This document shows, in pieces, positions 50,286-59,749 of a stretch of 64,000 nucleotides of DNA. The notes under the pieces were generated by a model. It had not been told where the DNA came from and did no database searches. It saw only the letters and a list, made by a program, of their open reading frames with translations. A program made the translations under genes and the position numbers. Within the stretch, counting starts at the first letter, position 1. Every line of letters starts with the position of its first letter. The stretch covers positions 506,279-570,278 of the forward strand of contig CAWFFW010000002.1 of the NCBI GenBank assembly GCA_963815305.1. Reading direction: 5' to 3'. Origin of the DNA: an uncultured Flavobacteriaceae bacterium. GTDB lineage: Bacteria; Bacteroidota; Bacteroidia; Flavobacteriales; Flavobacteriaceae.

Positions 50286-50391
50286 CTGCTGATGCTGACT
50301 TTTAAATTATTTGTTTATAAATAGATTAAGAGATACTAATAGGCATGGGTGATTTGGGGCTTTATCTGATAAATAAAAAGTGGCTCTGTAT

Positions 50392-51111
50392 TCACATATT
50401 TTGTGTGTAATAATTATAATCTTTCATAATCACATCAATGAACTCAATATCGCTTTTATGTTTTATTTCTTTGATCCCCGTGACTTCAATCAATTTTTTT
50501 CTCAATTTTATTAAAGTTTGATAATCTTTTGAAGCTTTTGCTATAGTAAAGGTTTCCTTTATGATACGGGCATCGTTATCTGATAATTTAATCACATAAG
50601 GATATGTTGGTTTATAATCTTCTTTTAAATTTTCTAAAATAGTATGGTTAATAGTTACTTTATCTTTTAAGGCAATCACAGCGGTGCCTGCAGCCATATC
50701 ACCTAAGCGTTGGTTTTTTTTATTAAATAGAATAGCAAAAAAGCCCAAACCAAAAATATAAATATCAACAATTCTAAAAAACCATCGTACTACATAATCT
50801 GACAAAGACGCCTGATAACCATCAATTTTAACCACTCTAATCTTAAGGGCTTTTTTCCCAATGGTTTGTCCTTCTAAAAAAGATTCTAATACCAAAGTGT
50901 AGAACATTACTGGAAAACTTAACACCGTATTAATACCTATTTGAGACCATTCGTCCATGTTTTCAAAAACACCAAACGTCCAACTTAAAACCATCAAATA
51001 GCCAATTTTAATAGCCATATCAATAAAAAATGCTAAAAACCGTTCTCCAGCTCCAGCAGCGATAAACATTATTTTGACATTTTGCGTCGTGTTAATTTGT
51101 AACTCTGACAT
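50392..51111 (-). CDS. RDD family membrane protein
   Basis: Motifs GERFLAFFIDMAIK and GQTIGKKALKIRVV. It is divergent from the SpoIIM-like gene. Confidence 0.8.
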   Translation of the reverse strand: MSELQINTTQNVKIMFIAAGAGERFLAFFIDMAIKIGYLMVLSWTFGVFENMDEWSQIGINTVLSFPVMFYTLVLESFLEGQTIGKKALKIRVVKIDGYQASLSDYVVRWFFRIVDIYIFGLGFFAILFNKKNQRLGDMAAGTAVIALKDKVTINHTILENLKEDYKPTYPYVIKLSDNDARIIKETFTIAKASKDYQTLIKLRKKLIEVTGIKEIKHKSDIEFIDVIMKDYNYYTQNM

Positions 51112-51297
51112 TTTATATTTTAATTTATCAAATATAAGAACTCATTTAATCTTTTTGGATTTAGGCGATAATTAATCATTTTCGTAACCATTTGAAGGCT
51201 TTTTAGAGTTGCAGCATCGTTACGGAACGTGGAAAAGACGAGAAATGGATGCAAAAGGACAATTTTTTAGCAAATTTAAAGAGTTTAAACGAGTTCT

Positions 51298-52287
51298 ATG
51301 AGGGAAGTTTCATTCATCAAACAAAATAAGGAAAAATGGTTGAGTTTTGAGAAGGCCATTTTTAATAACGATTTAAAAGATCCCGATGAATTGGCGTCTC
51401 AATACATTCATGTAATTAACGATTTAGCTTACGCACAAACTTATTATCCTAAAAGTAAAGTTATTGCGTATCTTAATCAATTAGCTGCCAAAGGCTTTCA
51501 AAAAATTTATAAAACCAGGAGAGAAGACACGAATAGAATCATAGGTTTTTGGAAAACCGAAGTGCCTTTAATATGCTATCAATACCGTAAGTTTATTTAT
51601 GTCGCCTTTATAGTGTTTTTTGCATTTACGTTTATAGGTATTATTTCTGCAGCCAATGATGGGGAATTTGTACGTTCTGTTTTAGGCGATGCTTATGTAA
51701 ATATGTCCTTAGAAAATATTGAAGCGGGCGATCCTGTTGCTGTTTATAAAAGTGGCAGTAATTGGGGCAGTTTTATAGGTATTACTATTAATAATTTACG
51801 TGTAGGCATCATCGCCTTTATTTTAGGTGTTTTTGGAGGTCTAGGCACCCTTTGGATTATGTTTAAAAACTGTATTATGCTCGGTTCTTTTCAATATTTC
51901 TTTTATGAAAAAGGCGTGTTCTGGGAAAGTGTTCGTGGTATCTGGATTCATGGCTCTATGGAAATATTTGCCATTGTTATTGAAGCTGCAGCCGGTTTAA
52001 TTCTTGGTGCTAGCATTCTATTTCCTGCAACACATTCACGATATACATCTTTTAAACACGGCGCAAAAACAGGAATAAAAATTTTAATTAGCACCTTTCC
52101 GTTTACTTTTTCTGCTGGTTTTTTAGAGGGTTTTGTAACACGTTATTCTAACATTATGCCCTATTGGTTATCGGTTGGTATTATTTTTACAACACTTGGT
52201 GTAATTAGCTATTATTATTTAATATACCCTTTTAAAGTACAAAGAGAAATTACTCAAATCCCGACTCTAAGCCCTTCCTTCATTTGA
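51298..52287 (+). CDS. Stage II sporulation protein M-like (DUF95) membrane protein
   Basis: 329 aa with a cytoplasmic N-domain and 5-6 TM helices containing IWIHGSMEIFAIVIEAAAG. Confidence 0.7.
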   Translation: MREVSFIKQNKEKWLSFEKAIFNNDLKDPDELASQYIHVINDLAYAQTYYPKSKVIAYLNQLAAKGFQKIYKTRREDTNRIIGFWKTEVPLICYQYRKFIYVAFIVFFAFTFIGIISAANDGEFVRSVLGDAYVNMSLENIEAGDPVAVYKSGSNWGSFIGITINNLRVGIIAFILGVFGGLGTLWIMFKNCIMLGSFQYFFYEKGVFWESVRGIWIHGSMEIFAIVIEAAAGLILGASILFPATHSRYTSFKHGAKTGIKILISTFPFTFSAGFLEGFVTRYSNIMPYWLSVGIIFTTLGVISYYYLIYPFKVQREITQIPTLSPSFI

Positions 52288-53009
52288 AATTCTACAGATT
52301 ACACATCATAATTTTCACTGTTTTGGTAAGCACCACATATCAAACCATTTGTAGTGCAACAGTTTTTCAACAACCAGAACAGATAAGGCAATTTGATGAT
52401 AATTTTAAAGATCAATATTCTGGTAGTACATACAATTACGAGGGTAGAGAAATAATTACCGAAACGCAAAGCAGCTCAGGCCATTATGAAGATTATAAAA
52501 ATGATGCACCTAATTTGAAAGAAAAAAATGATTCTGATAGTTTAAGTATCAATTTAGGGCCGTTAAGTTGGTTGTTTTATGGTGCGTTAGTTATGGCTGT
52601 TTTATATTTAGTTTATATTCTGTTTAATGAAGGTGGCGCTGGATTATTCACTTCAAATAAGAATAAAAAAATTAATAATTATGATGAGATTACAGCAGAA
52701 AATATTGAAAACGCAGATATAAACACGCTCATTAAAAATGCTGAAAACTCAAATGACTACCGTTTAGCCATTCGCTATTATTATTTATTAGTACTAAAAA
52801 ATTTAAGTTTAAAAAACTATATAAAATTTGGAGATGATAAAACCAATGCTGAGTATTTAATCGAAATTAGTTCACAACCTTTTAGAAGTAAATTCGAGTA
52901 TACATCTTATTTATACAACTACATTTGGTATGGTGAGTTTTCTCTGAATTTTGAGCAATACAACAAAGCAAAAAGTAATTTTGAAACGCTTTTAAACCTG
53001 GTAAAATAA
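52284..53009 (+). CDS. DUF4129 domain membrane protein
   Basis: TTG start overlapping the upstream stop by 4 nt. The C-terminal block is DYRLAIRYYYLLVLKNLS...TNAEY. Confidence 0.65.
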   Translation: MKFYRLHIIIFTVLVSTTYQTICSATVFQQPEQIRQFDDNFKDQYSGSTYNYEGREIITETQSSSGHYEDYKNDAPNLKEKNDSDSLSINLGPLSWLFYGALVMAVLYLVYILFNEGGAGLFTSNKNKKINNYDEITAENIENADINTLIKNAENSNDYRLAIRYYYLLVLKNLSLKNYIKFGDDKTNAEYLIEISSQPFRSKFEYTSYLYNYIWYGEFSLNFEQYNKAKSNFETLLNLVK

Positions 53010-54214
53010 TGAAGAAAATTTTACCCATACTTTTTGTTATTTTGGCACTCATTGTTACTGCAGCCATTATTATTGGTCTAAAAACAACTAAAACGGTAGA
53101 TTGGGAAGAATCTTTTAATGAAAAAAGCAACAAACCCTATGGCGTTAGTATATTTTATAAGGAGTTACCAAAACTTTTTAAAAACCATAAAGTAAGAACT
53201 GTTTATCATCAACCTGCTAGTTATTTGAGAGCAAATTCTGAAGATGGATATGGTGAGCATATCGCAGAAGGAAGTTATATCATCATTGGAAATTCTGATT
53301 ATTTAGAAGATGATTCTGTTGATGAATTATTAAATTTTGTTGATTCAGGAAACACGCTTTTTATATCCGATTACTACTTTACTCAAAAAATTCATGATAC
53401 CTTAAATATTGATATCGATTATATTATTAATGAAAAAGATAGTACATCTTATCAATCTTTAAAATATTTTGACATTGAAAACATCGCCATTGATAGACAT
53501 GAAGGTGATAGCTATTTTGCGAGTTTCGACTCTTTAAATTGTAAAGTTTTGGGCTATTCTAAAATCGATTATAAGCATATTAATTTTATTGAAGTCCCAT
53601 TTGGTGAAGGGAAAATATATTTGCACTTAGAGCCAAAAGCTTTTACTAATTATAATCTTTTAAAAGAAGACAGATATAAATACGTAGAAGGGATTATATC
53701 TTACTTACCAGAAAACGATGTGTATTTTGATTCGTACACCAAAATACAAACAGGTTACGATGGTGATGTAGAAAAAGAATCAAACTTAAGTTGGTTTCTT
53801 GAACAACTCTCATTTAAATGGGCTTGGTATACTGCTATTATTTTCGGTATATTATTTATGATTTTTAATGCTAAACGTAGGCAGCGTATCATCAAAATCA
53901 TTAAACCTTTACAAAATACAACCGTTGCTTTTGTTAAAACTATTTCTAATTTATATTTTGAAACTCAGGATCATAAAAATTTAATAGATAAAAAAATAAC
54001 GTACTTTTTAGAAAAAATAAGGACTGATTTTAATTTAGATACATCAGTTTTAAATGATGAATTTATTCAAAAACTAGCCTCAAAAACAGGAAAGAAAAAA
54101 GACGACGTTAAAAAACTTATTGATTTTATCAATTGGTTACGCTCTAAAAATGAGTTTTTTGAAGAAAACTTAATCAAATTAAACAGATACATAGAAGCAT
54201 TTTATTCAAAATAA
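53009..54214 (+). CDS. DUF4350-like membrane protein
   Basis: ATG overlaps the preceding TAA. It has an N-terminal TM helix, an extracytoplasmic domain (NFVDSGNTLFISDYYF), a second TM helix and a cytoplasmic tail. Confidence 0.55.
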   Translation: MKKILPILFVILALIVTAAIIIGLKTTKTVDWEESFNEKSNKPYGVSIFYKELPKLFKNHKVRTVYHQPASYLRANSEDGYGEHIAEGSYIIIGNSDYLEDDSVDELLNFVDSGNTLFISDYYFTQKIHDTLNIDIDYIINEKDSTSYQSLKYFDIENIAIDRHEGDSYFASFDSLNCKVLGYSKIDYKHINFIEVPFGEGKIYLHLEPKAFTNYNLLKEDRYKYVEGIISYLPENDVYFDSYTKIQTGYDGDVEKESNLSWFLEQLSFKWAWYTAIIFGILFMIFNAKRRQRIIKIIKPLQNTTVAFVKTISNLYFETQDHKNLIDKKITYFLEKIRTDFNLDTSVLNDEFIQKLASKTGKKKDDVKKLIDFINWLRSKNEFFEENLIKLNRYIEAFYSK

Positions 54215-54216
54215 TT

Positions 54217-55287
54217 ATGGACGAAAATAAAGACCCACGAGACAATCAAGAATTCACACCAAAACCTGATCATGTTATATCATCAATTGATGATAGTGCT
54301 TTAAAAGATTCTGACGATTTAAAATTTCAAAACCGATTGGATTTATCTGAACTTCAGCAAAGTGTTCAAAACATAAAAGATGAAATTGGAAAAATTATTG
54401 TAGGACAAAAAGATATGGTAGATATGCTTATTGCATCGCTACTAGCAAAAGGGCATTCATTAATTGAAGGTGTTCCTGGGGTTGCAAAAACCATTACTGC
54501 AAAACTATTAGCAAAATCGCTGAGTGTTGGGTTTAGCCGAATTCAGTTCACGCCAGATTTAATGCCAAGTGATATTTTAGGAACTTCTATTTTTAACTTA
54601 AAATATTCAGAATTTGAGTTTAAAAAAGGACCTATTTTTTCGAATATGATTCTTATTGATGAGATAAACCGAGCGCCTGCAAAAACACAAGCCGCTTTGT
54701 TTGAAGTGATGGAAGAACAACAGATAACCATTGATGGCAACCAATTTGTTTTAGACGCTCCTTTTATGGTTTTAGCAACACAAAATCCTATTGAGCAAGA
54801 AGGAACGTATCGTTTGCCTGAAGCGCAGCTAGACCGCTTTTTATTTAAAATAGATGTAGGTTACCCAAATTTGGATGAAGAGATTGAAATTTTATCAAGA
54901 GAGCACCAACTTAAAGAGAAGTCTAAAACAGGCGAAGTCTTATCATTTTTAACTGCTAAACAAATCTCAGATTATCAAAATTTGGTTACTCAAATTTTAA
55001 TAGAAGAGCATTTACTAAAATACATCGCAGAATTAATTGTGGCCACACGCAACAATCAGTTTTTGTATTTGGGTGCTTCCCCCAGAGCTTCTATTGCCAT
55101 ATTAAAAGCAAGTAAAGCATTTGCTGCTATGAGCGGGCGTGATTTTGTGACCCCAGAAGATATTAAACGTGCCGCCATTCCTGTACTACATCATCGGGTT
55201 ATTGTAACCCCAGAGCGTGAAATGGAAGGTGTTACGAGCAAACAAATTATAAAACAAATTATTGAAACGGTTGAGATACCGAGGTAA
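54217..55287 (+). CDS. MoxR-family AAA+ ATPase
   Basis: Walker A GVPGVAKT and Walker [10 protein letters not shown], plus [24 protein letters not shown]. Confidence 0.92.
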   Translation: MDENKDPRDNQEFTPKPDHVISSIDDSALKDSDDLKFQNRLDLSELQQSVQNIKDEIGKIIVGQKDMVDMLIASLLAKGHSLIEGVPGVAKTITAKLLAKSLSVGFSRIQFTPDLMPSDILGTSIFNLKYSEFEFKKGPIFSNMILIDEINRAPAKTQAALFEVMEEQQITIDGNQFVLDAPFMVLATQNPIEQEGTYRLPEAQLDRFLFKIDVGYPNLDEEIEILSREHQLKEKSKTGEVLSFLTAKQISDYQNLVTQILIEEHLLKYIAELIVATRNNQFLYLGASPRASIAILKASKAFAAMSGRDFVTPEDIKRAAIPVLHHRVIVTPEREMEGVTSKQIIKQIIETVEIPR

Positions 55288-55382
55288 TTAACAGACTAAT
55301 ATTGGGGCTTGATTTTTGATGCTAAAAAAGTAATATTTTGAATAGATACAAATTTAGCATTAACCTTAATAAATAAACCTTT

Positions 55383-56441
55383 ATGAAAAAACTTTTATTA
55401 TTTCTTGTAATCCCAATCTGTCTATTCAATTGTGAAACTAAAAAATCACTAGAAGTTCAAACTAAAAAGGAAAATCAAATTGTAATAGGGCAAATAGATA
55501 CAATTTATTCTGATATTTTAAAAGAAAATAGAAAAATATGGGTGCATGTTCCTAAAAATGTAAAAAATAATCAATCCAAATATCCAGTTTTATATTTACT
55601 AGATGGAGATTCTCATTTTCATTCTGTAACAGGAATGATAAAACAATTGAGTACTGATGGAAACACGATTTCACCCGAAATGGTTGTAGTTGGAATAACA
55701 AATACGGATAGAACTAGAGACTTGACACCAACACATATTAATGAAATGTATGGAGATACTATATTTCCAAAAACGTCAGGTGGTGGTAAGAGATTCCTAA
55801 GTTTTATTGATAAAGAATTAATGCCCTATATCGAAAAAGAATACCCTGTTACCAGCTATAAAACCTTTGTTGGGCATTCATTAGGCGGTTTAACTGTAAT
55901 TGATGCATTAATTGAGCGTCCAAATTTATTTAACAACTATGTAGCTATCGATCCAAGTTTATGGTGGGACAACCAAAAACTTTTAAAAAGAGCTTCAAAA
56001 ATTTTATCAAGCAAAATATATGAAGGAAAAACACTTTACCTAGGAGTAGCGAATACAATGGATAAAGGAATGACTATTAATAAAGTTGAAAATGATACTA
56101 CCGAAAATACTGAACATATAAGATCTATTTTAAAATTTGCAAAGGCTACTGAAAGTATCAAAAATAATGGGTTACTTTTTGATTGGAAATACTATGAGAA
56201 TGATGACCATGGGAGCGTACCTCTAATAGCTGAGTATGATGCTATTCGTTTCCTTTTTCCTTGGTATAAAATCAAGTACCAAGAAATGATGCCATTATTA
56301 GACTCAAATTCTAACACTTTAATAGAAGATTTACTAAATTGGATTAATACTCATTATAAAAATGTTTCTAGTCATTTTGGATATGAAGTTCTTCCAGACA
56401 AGTCACTTATCAATAACATTGGGTATAGATTTATAAATTAA
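55383..56441 (+). CDS. Secreted alpha/beta-hydrolase esterase (esterase D/enterochelin-esterase-like), truncated by TAA relative to a downstream TPR tail
   Basis: Signal peptide, PVLYLLDGDSHF, and the nucleophile elbow GHSLGG. The frame stays open after the TAA at 56439-56441. Confidence 0.8.
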   Translation: MKKLLLFLVIPICLFNCETKKSLEVQTKKENQIVIGQIDTIYSDILKENRKIWVHVPKNVKNNQSKYPVLYLLDGDSHFHSVTGMIKQLSTDGNTISPEMVVVGITNTDRTRDLTPTHINEMYGDTIFPKTSGGGKRFLSFIDKELMPYIEKEYPVTSYKTFVGHSLGGLTVIDALIERPNLFNNYVAIDPSLWWDNQKLLKRASKILSSKIYEGKTLYLGVANTMDKGMTINKVENDTTENTEHIRSILKFAKATESIKNNGLLFDWKYYENDDHGSVPLIAEYDAIRFLFPWYKIKYQEMMPLLDSNSNTLIEDLLNWINTHYKNVSSHFGYEVLPDKSLINNIGYRFIN

Positions 56442-56657
56442 AAAAAGTTTGACAAAGCAATTATTCTATTTAATTTAAACATACAAAATTACCCAAATAG
56501 TTCAAATGTCTATGACTCAATGGGAGATTGTTATTTAGCACAACAAGATTCGCTTAAAGCTCTTGAGTTTTATAATAAAGCTTTAGAAGTTGGTCATAAT
56601 GATTTTACTGAAGAAAAAATTGATGCAATAATGAAAAATTTAAAAATTGAATTATAA
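56442..56657 (+). pseudogene. Orphaned TPR tail in frame with the esterase gene
   Basis: 71 stop-free codons directly follow the TAA: KKFDKAIILFNLNIQNYPNSSNVYDSMGDCYLAQQDSLKALEFYNKALEVGHND... This is a TPR pattern with no start codon of its own. Confidence 0.7.
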
Positions 56658-56674
56658 AATATAAATAACTAAAA

Positions 56675-58006
56675 TTGAAATTCTTTAAACCATTTTACAT
56701 ACAACCCCGTTTTTTCTATGCAGGCATAGGTATTGTAGTATTATTTGTTTTAAGCTATTTCATTCCTGTATTATTTAATATGGCTCAACTTGCCATTTTT
56801 GTTCTTATCCTTTTATTTATTATAGATTTTCTTATTGTTTTTAGTGGTAAAAATAAAATGGAAGCTACTCGTATTTTACCAGATAAATTTTCAAATGGCG
56901 ATAAAAATCTGATTGAATTAAAAATTAATAACAACTACCCTATTTCCATTTACCTTGAAATTATTGATGAAATTCCAGAGCAGTTTCAAGTCAGGGATTT
57001 TAAGATTAAAGACACTATTACTCCACGAAAATCAAAATCTATAACCTATCATTTAAAACCTACCGGACGTGGCGAATACTACTTTGGAAGTCTAAATGTT
57101 TATGCCTCATCTATCATTAATTTAGTATCAAAGCGCTTTACTTTTAACCATGGAGCTATGGTGCGCACATATCCGAGTTTTAAACAATTAAAAAAGTTTG
57201 AACTTTTAAATATTAATCAAAATTCCTTAGAATACGGTCTCAAAAAAGTCCGAAAAATTGGGCATACCATGGAATTTGAGCAGATTAAAGATTATGTTTT
57301 AGGTGACGATTTACGAACTATAAACTGGAAAGCTACGGCCAAGAAAAATCAGCTTATGGTCAATCAGTTTCAAGATGAAAAGTCACAACCCGTATATTCC
57401 ATTATTGATAAAGGCCGCATTATGAAAATGCCTTTTAATGGGTTAAGTCTTCTAGATTACGCCATTAATGCCACACTTGTAATTAGCAATATTGTATTAA
57501 AAAAGCACGACAAAGCAGGCATGTTATCATTTTCTAAGCGTATTGAAAATGTTATTGTTGCCCAACGCAGAAGTTCTCAAATGCAACTCATATTGGAAGC
57601 TTTATACAACGTAAAAACTGATTTTTTTGAAAGCGATTTTAACAGGCTTTATGCTAATATAAAAAGACATATTACACACCGAAGTCTTATTTTAATGTAC
57701 ACTAATTTTGAAACTTTAGATGGTTTAAATAGGCAACTCCCCTATTTAAAAGCCATCGCAAAAAGTCATTTATTGGTCGTTATCTTTTTCAAAAATACAG
57801 AGCTTAATAATTTAATTAAAGAAAAAGCACAAACCGCACAACAAGTGTATGACAAAGTAATTGCAGAAAAATTTGCTTTTGAAAAACGGCTTATTGTTAA
57901 TGAACTCAAAAAATATGGTATCTATTCTATTCTTACCACTCCAGAAAATTTAACGATTGATACTATCAATAAATACCTTGAAATAAAAGCTAGAGGTTTG
58001 CTATAA
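56675..58006 (+). CDS. DUF58 domain protein (MoxR partner, vWA-like)
   Basis: Two N-terminal TM helices and the signature block EFEQIKDYVLGDDLRTINWKATAK. TTG start. Confidence 0.85.
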   Translation: MKFFKPFYIQPRFFYAGIGIVVLFVLSYFIPVLFNMAQLAIFVLILLFIIDFLIVFSGKNKMEATRILPDKFSNGDKNLIELKINNNYPISIYLEIIDEIPEQFQVRDFKIKDTITPRKSKSITYHLKPTGRGEYYFGSLNVYASSIINLVSKRFTFNHGAMVRTYPSFKQLKKFELLNINQNSLEYGLKKVRKIGHTMEFEQIKDYVLGDDLRTINWKATAKKNQLMVNQFQDEKSQPVYSIIDKGRIMKMPFNGLSLLDYAINATLVISNIVLKKHDKAGMLSFSKRIENVIVAQRRSSQMQLILEALYNVKTDFFESDFNRLYANIKRHITHRSLILMYTNFETLDGLNRQLPYLKAIAKSHLLVVIFFKNTELNNLIKEKAQTAQQVYDKVIAEKFAFEKRLIVNELKKYGIYSILTTPENLTIDTINKYLEIKARGLL

Positions 58007-58013
58007 CAGTTCT

Positions 58014-58041
58014 TCCGTTGGCAGTAATCCGTTGGCAGTAA
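58014..58041 (+). repeat. Perfect 2 x 14-bp tandem repeat
   Basis: TCCGTTGGCAGTAA occurs twice, starting 8 nt after the DUF58 stop. Confidence 0.9.
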
Positions 58042-58176
58042 AAAAACTTCATATTCATATTCTAGCTTCTAATATAATACAACTCATCATTTAAATTTTA
58101 CAGTTCGGTAATAACTATTATTTAAGATGCTTTTAGTGTTCGATATTTGCTTTGATAAACACATAAACCATATATT

Positions 58177-58599
58177 ATGAAGACATTGGCATCAATTTTC
58201 ACCTTATTATTATCGATAACATTTAGTAACGCCCAAGATGTAGAAAACGGACAAACTATTACTGTAATTATTGAAAATATTAGTAGCAATACCGGTAACG
58301 TTTTACTTTCTCTTCACACAGCAGATACCTTTATGAAAGGTCCAGGAATTCAAAATAAAGAAAGTAAAATAGTAGATGGTAAAGTTAAGTTGACATTTGA
58401 AAATGTGGTTCCTGGAACTTATGCTATCATGGGATTACACGATAAAAATAAAAACAGAAGAATGGATTTTGAAGCTAATGGTATGCCAAAAGAAGCCTAT
58501 GGTATATCTAACAACACTATGAGTTTTGGCTTACCTCAATATGAAACTGCCAAATTTGATATACGTAATAAAAATTTAGAAATAAAAATAATATTTTAA
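58177..58599 (+). CDS. DUF2141 domain secreted protein
   Basis: Signal peptide, GNVLLSLHT, and LHDKNKNRRMDFEANGMPKEAYGISNN. Confidence 0.75.
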   Translation: MKTLASIFTLLLSITFSNAQDVENGQTITVIIENISSNTGNVLLSLHTADTFMKGPGIQNKESKIVDGKVKLTFENVVPGTYAIMGLHDKNKNRRMDFEANGMPKEAYGISNNTMSFGLPQYETAKFDIRNKNLEIKIIF

Positions 58600-58706
58600 A
58601 AATCATATTAACTCTTAAAAGATGTTTTGCTTTTTTTATTGATTACCTTTTAGTCATTTCTTATGCCTTAATATTATTTACTATTACAGTATTTATAACT
58701 AATGAA

Positions 58707-59132
58707 TTGAATTTAGATACCGAAAAAATACCACCCTTAAAAGGTAAATTTATTAGCTTTTTATTATTAACCTTACCAGTGTTATTCTATTTTATTACCT
58801 CTGAAAAAAGTAAAAATAAAGGCACCATTGGAAAAAGAGTGATGTCGATTTCTGTTGAAAATAATACTACAAAACCAACTCATTTTAATATTATTAAGCG
58901 TAATATTTTGAAATTTCTTCCATGGGAAATTGCACATTCGGGGGTTCATTGGTTAATATATTGTTCAAATAAAAATATAGAACCACCATTTTGGGTTTGG
59001 GCTGTTTTAATTTTACCTCAAATTGCAGTATTTATTTATATTTTAAGTATCATATATACTCAAGGCAAATCTAGCATTTATGATAAAATCTCAAAAACTT
59101 ATATTTTGAAAAACAAAAATGCGACCAATTAG
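58707..59132 (+). CDS. RDD family membrane protein paralog (conserved N-terminus lies upstream of this TTG start)
   Basis: GTIGKRVMSISV block. The in-frame region 58572-58706 encodes ...LKRCFAFFIDYLLVISYALILF, the RDD N-terminal motif, without any ATG/GTG/TTG. Confidence 0.7.
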   Translation: MNLDTEKIPPLKGKFISFLLLTLPVLFYFITSEKSKNKGTIGKRVMSISVENNTTKPTHFNIIKRNILKFLPWEIAHSGVHWLIYCSNKNIEPPFWVWAVLILPQIAVFIYILSIIYTQGKSSIYDKISKTYILKNKNATN

Positions 59133-59142
59133 GTCGCATTTT
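59118..59142. terminator. Bidirectional hairpin between the convergent RDD paralog and dps
   Basis: Stem AATGCGACC / GGTCGCATT with a 5-nt loop. T-runs are present on both strands. It overlaps the TAG stop codon. Confidence 0.65.
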
Positions 59143-59163
59143 CGGCTATTAATCAATTCATAA

Positions 59164-59643
59164 TTAAACTGTTTCGCTTAACCATGCTTTCATCATCCAA
59201 ACTATTTTTTCTTGCTCTGTAATAAAATCACTCATCATTGAGTTTGTCCCTTCATCATGAGCTTTATCAGATTTATCTAAAATGTTTCTTTCAATTTTTA
59301 AGAGTTCTGCTAAAGAATCAACAATCAATCCAACAGCTTTGTCATCTTGCGAAATATTTTTTCCTACGCGCACTTTTGCTTTTTTTGAATAATCTTCAAA
59401 AGTGTGTAAGGGAGTTTCTCCTAAAGTTAAAATACGTTCCGCTATCATATCTACTTTTAAATTGGCATCGGTGTATAATTCTTCAAATTTAACGTGTAAA
59501 TCAAAAAAGCGTTTACCTTTTATATTCCAGTGAATACCTCTCAAATTTTGATAATATATTTGAAAATTAGCTAATAAATCATTCAAATCATTGGCTAATT
59601 CTTTAGTTTTTTTGTTGTCTAAACCTAAGCTATTTAGTGTCAT
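59164..59643 (-). CDS. dps: Dps family DNA-protecting ferritin-like protein
   Basis: 159 aa with YQNLRGIHWNIKGKRFFDLHVKFEELY. Confidence 0.92.
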   Translation of the reverse strand: MTLNSLGLDNKKTKELANDLNDLLANFQIYYQNLRGIHWNIKGKRFFDLHVKFEELYTDANLKVDMIAERILTLGETPLHTFEDYSKKAKVRVGKNISQDDKAVGLIVDSLAELLKIERNILDKSDKAHDEGTNSMMSDFITEQEKIVWMMKAWLSETV

Positions 59644-59697
59644 TTTTTATATATTTTATGAATTACTACAAATTTAATTTATAATTAACATAAACTT

Positions 59698-59733
59698 CTA
59701 TAAATTTTATTGATAGTTTTTATATTTTTATAG
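59698..59733. promoter_or_regulatory. Candidate OxyR/LTTR operator in the dps-oxyR divergent region
   Basis: CTAT-N11-ATAG inverted repeat followed by a further ATAG 13 nt downstream. Confidence 0.35.
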
Positions 59734-59749
59734 CATAAATTGATAACGA

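Noticed and set aside
58014-58041. The tandem 14-bp repeat considered as a CRISPR-like array.
   Set aside because: There are only two directly abutting units, no spacers and no cas genes in the window.
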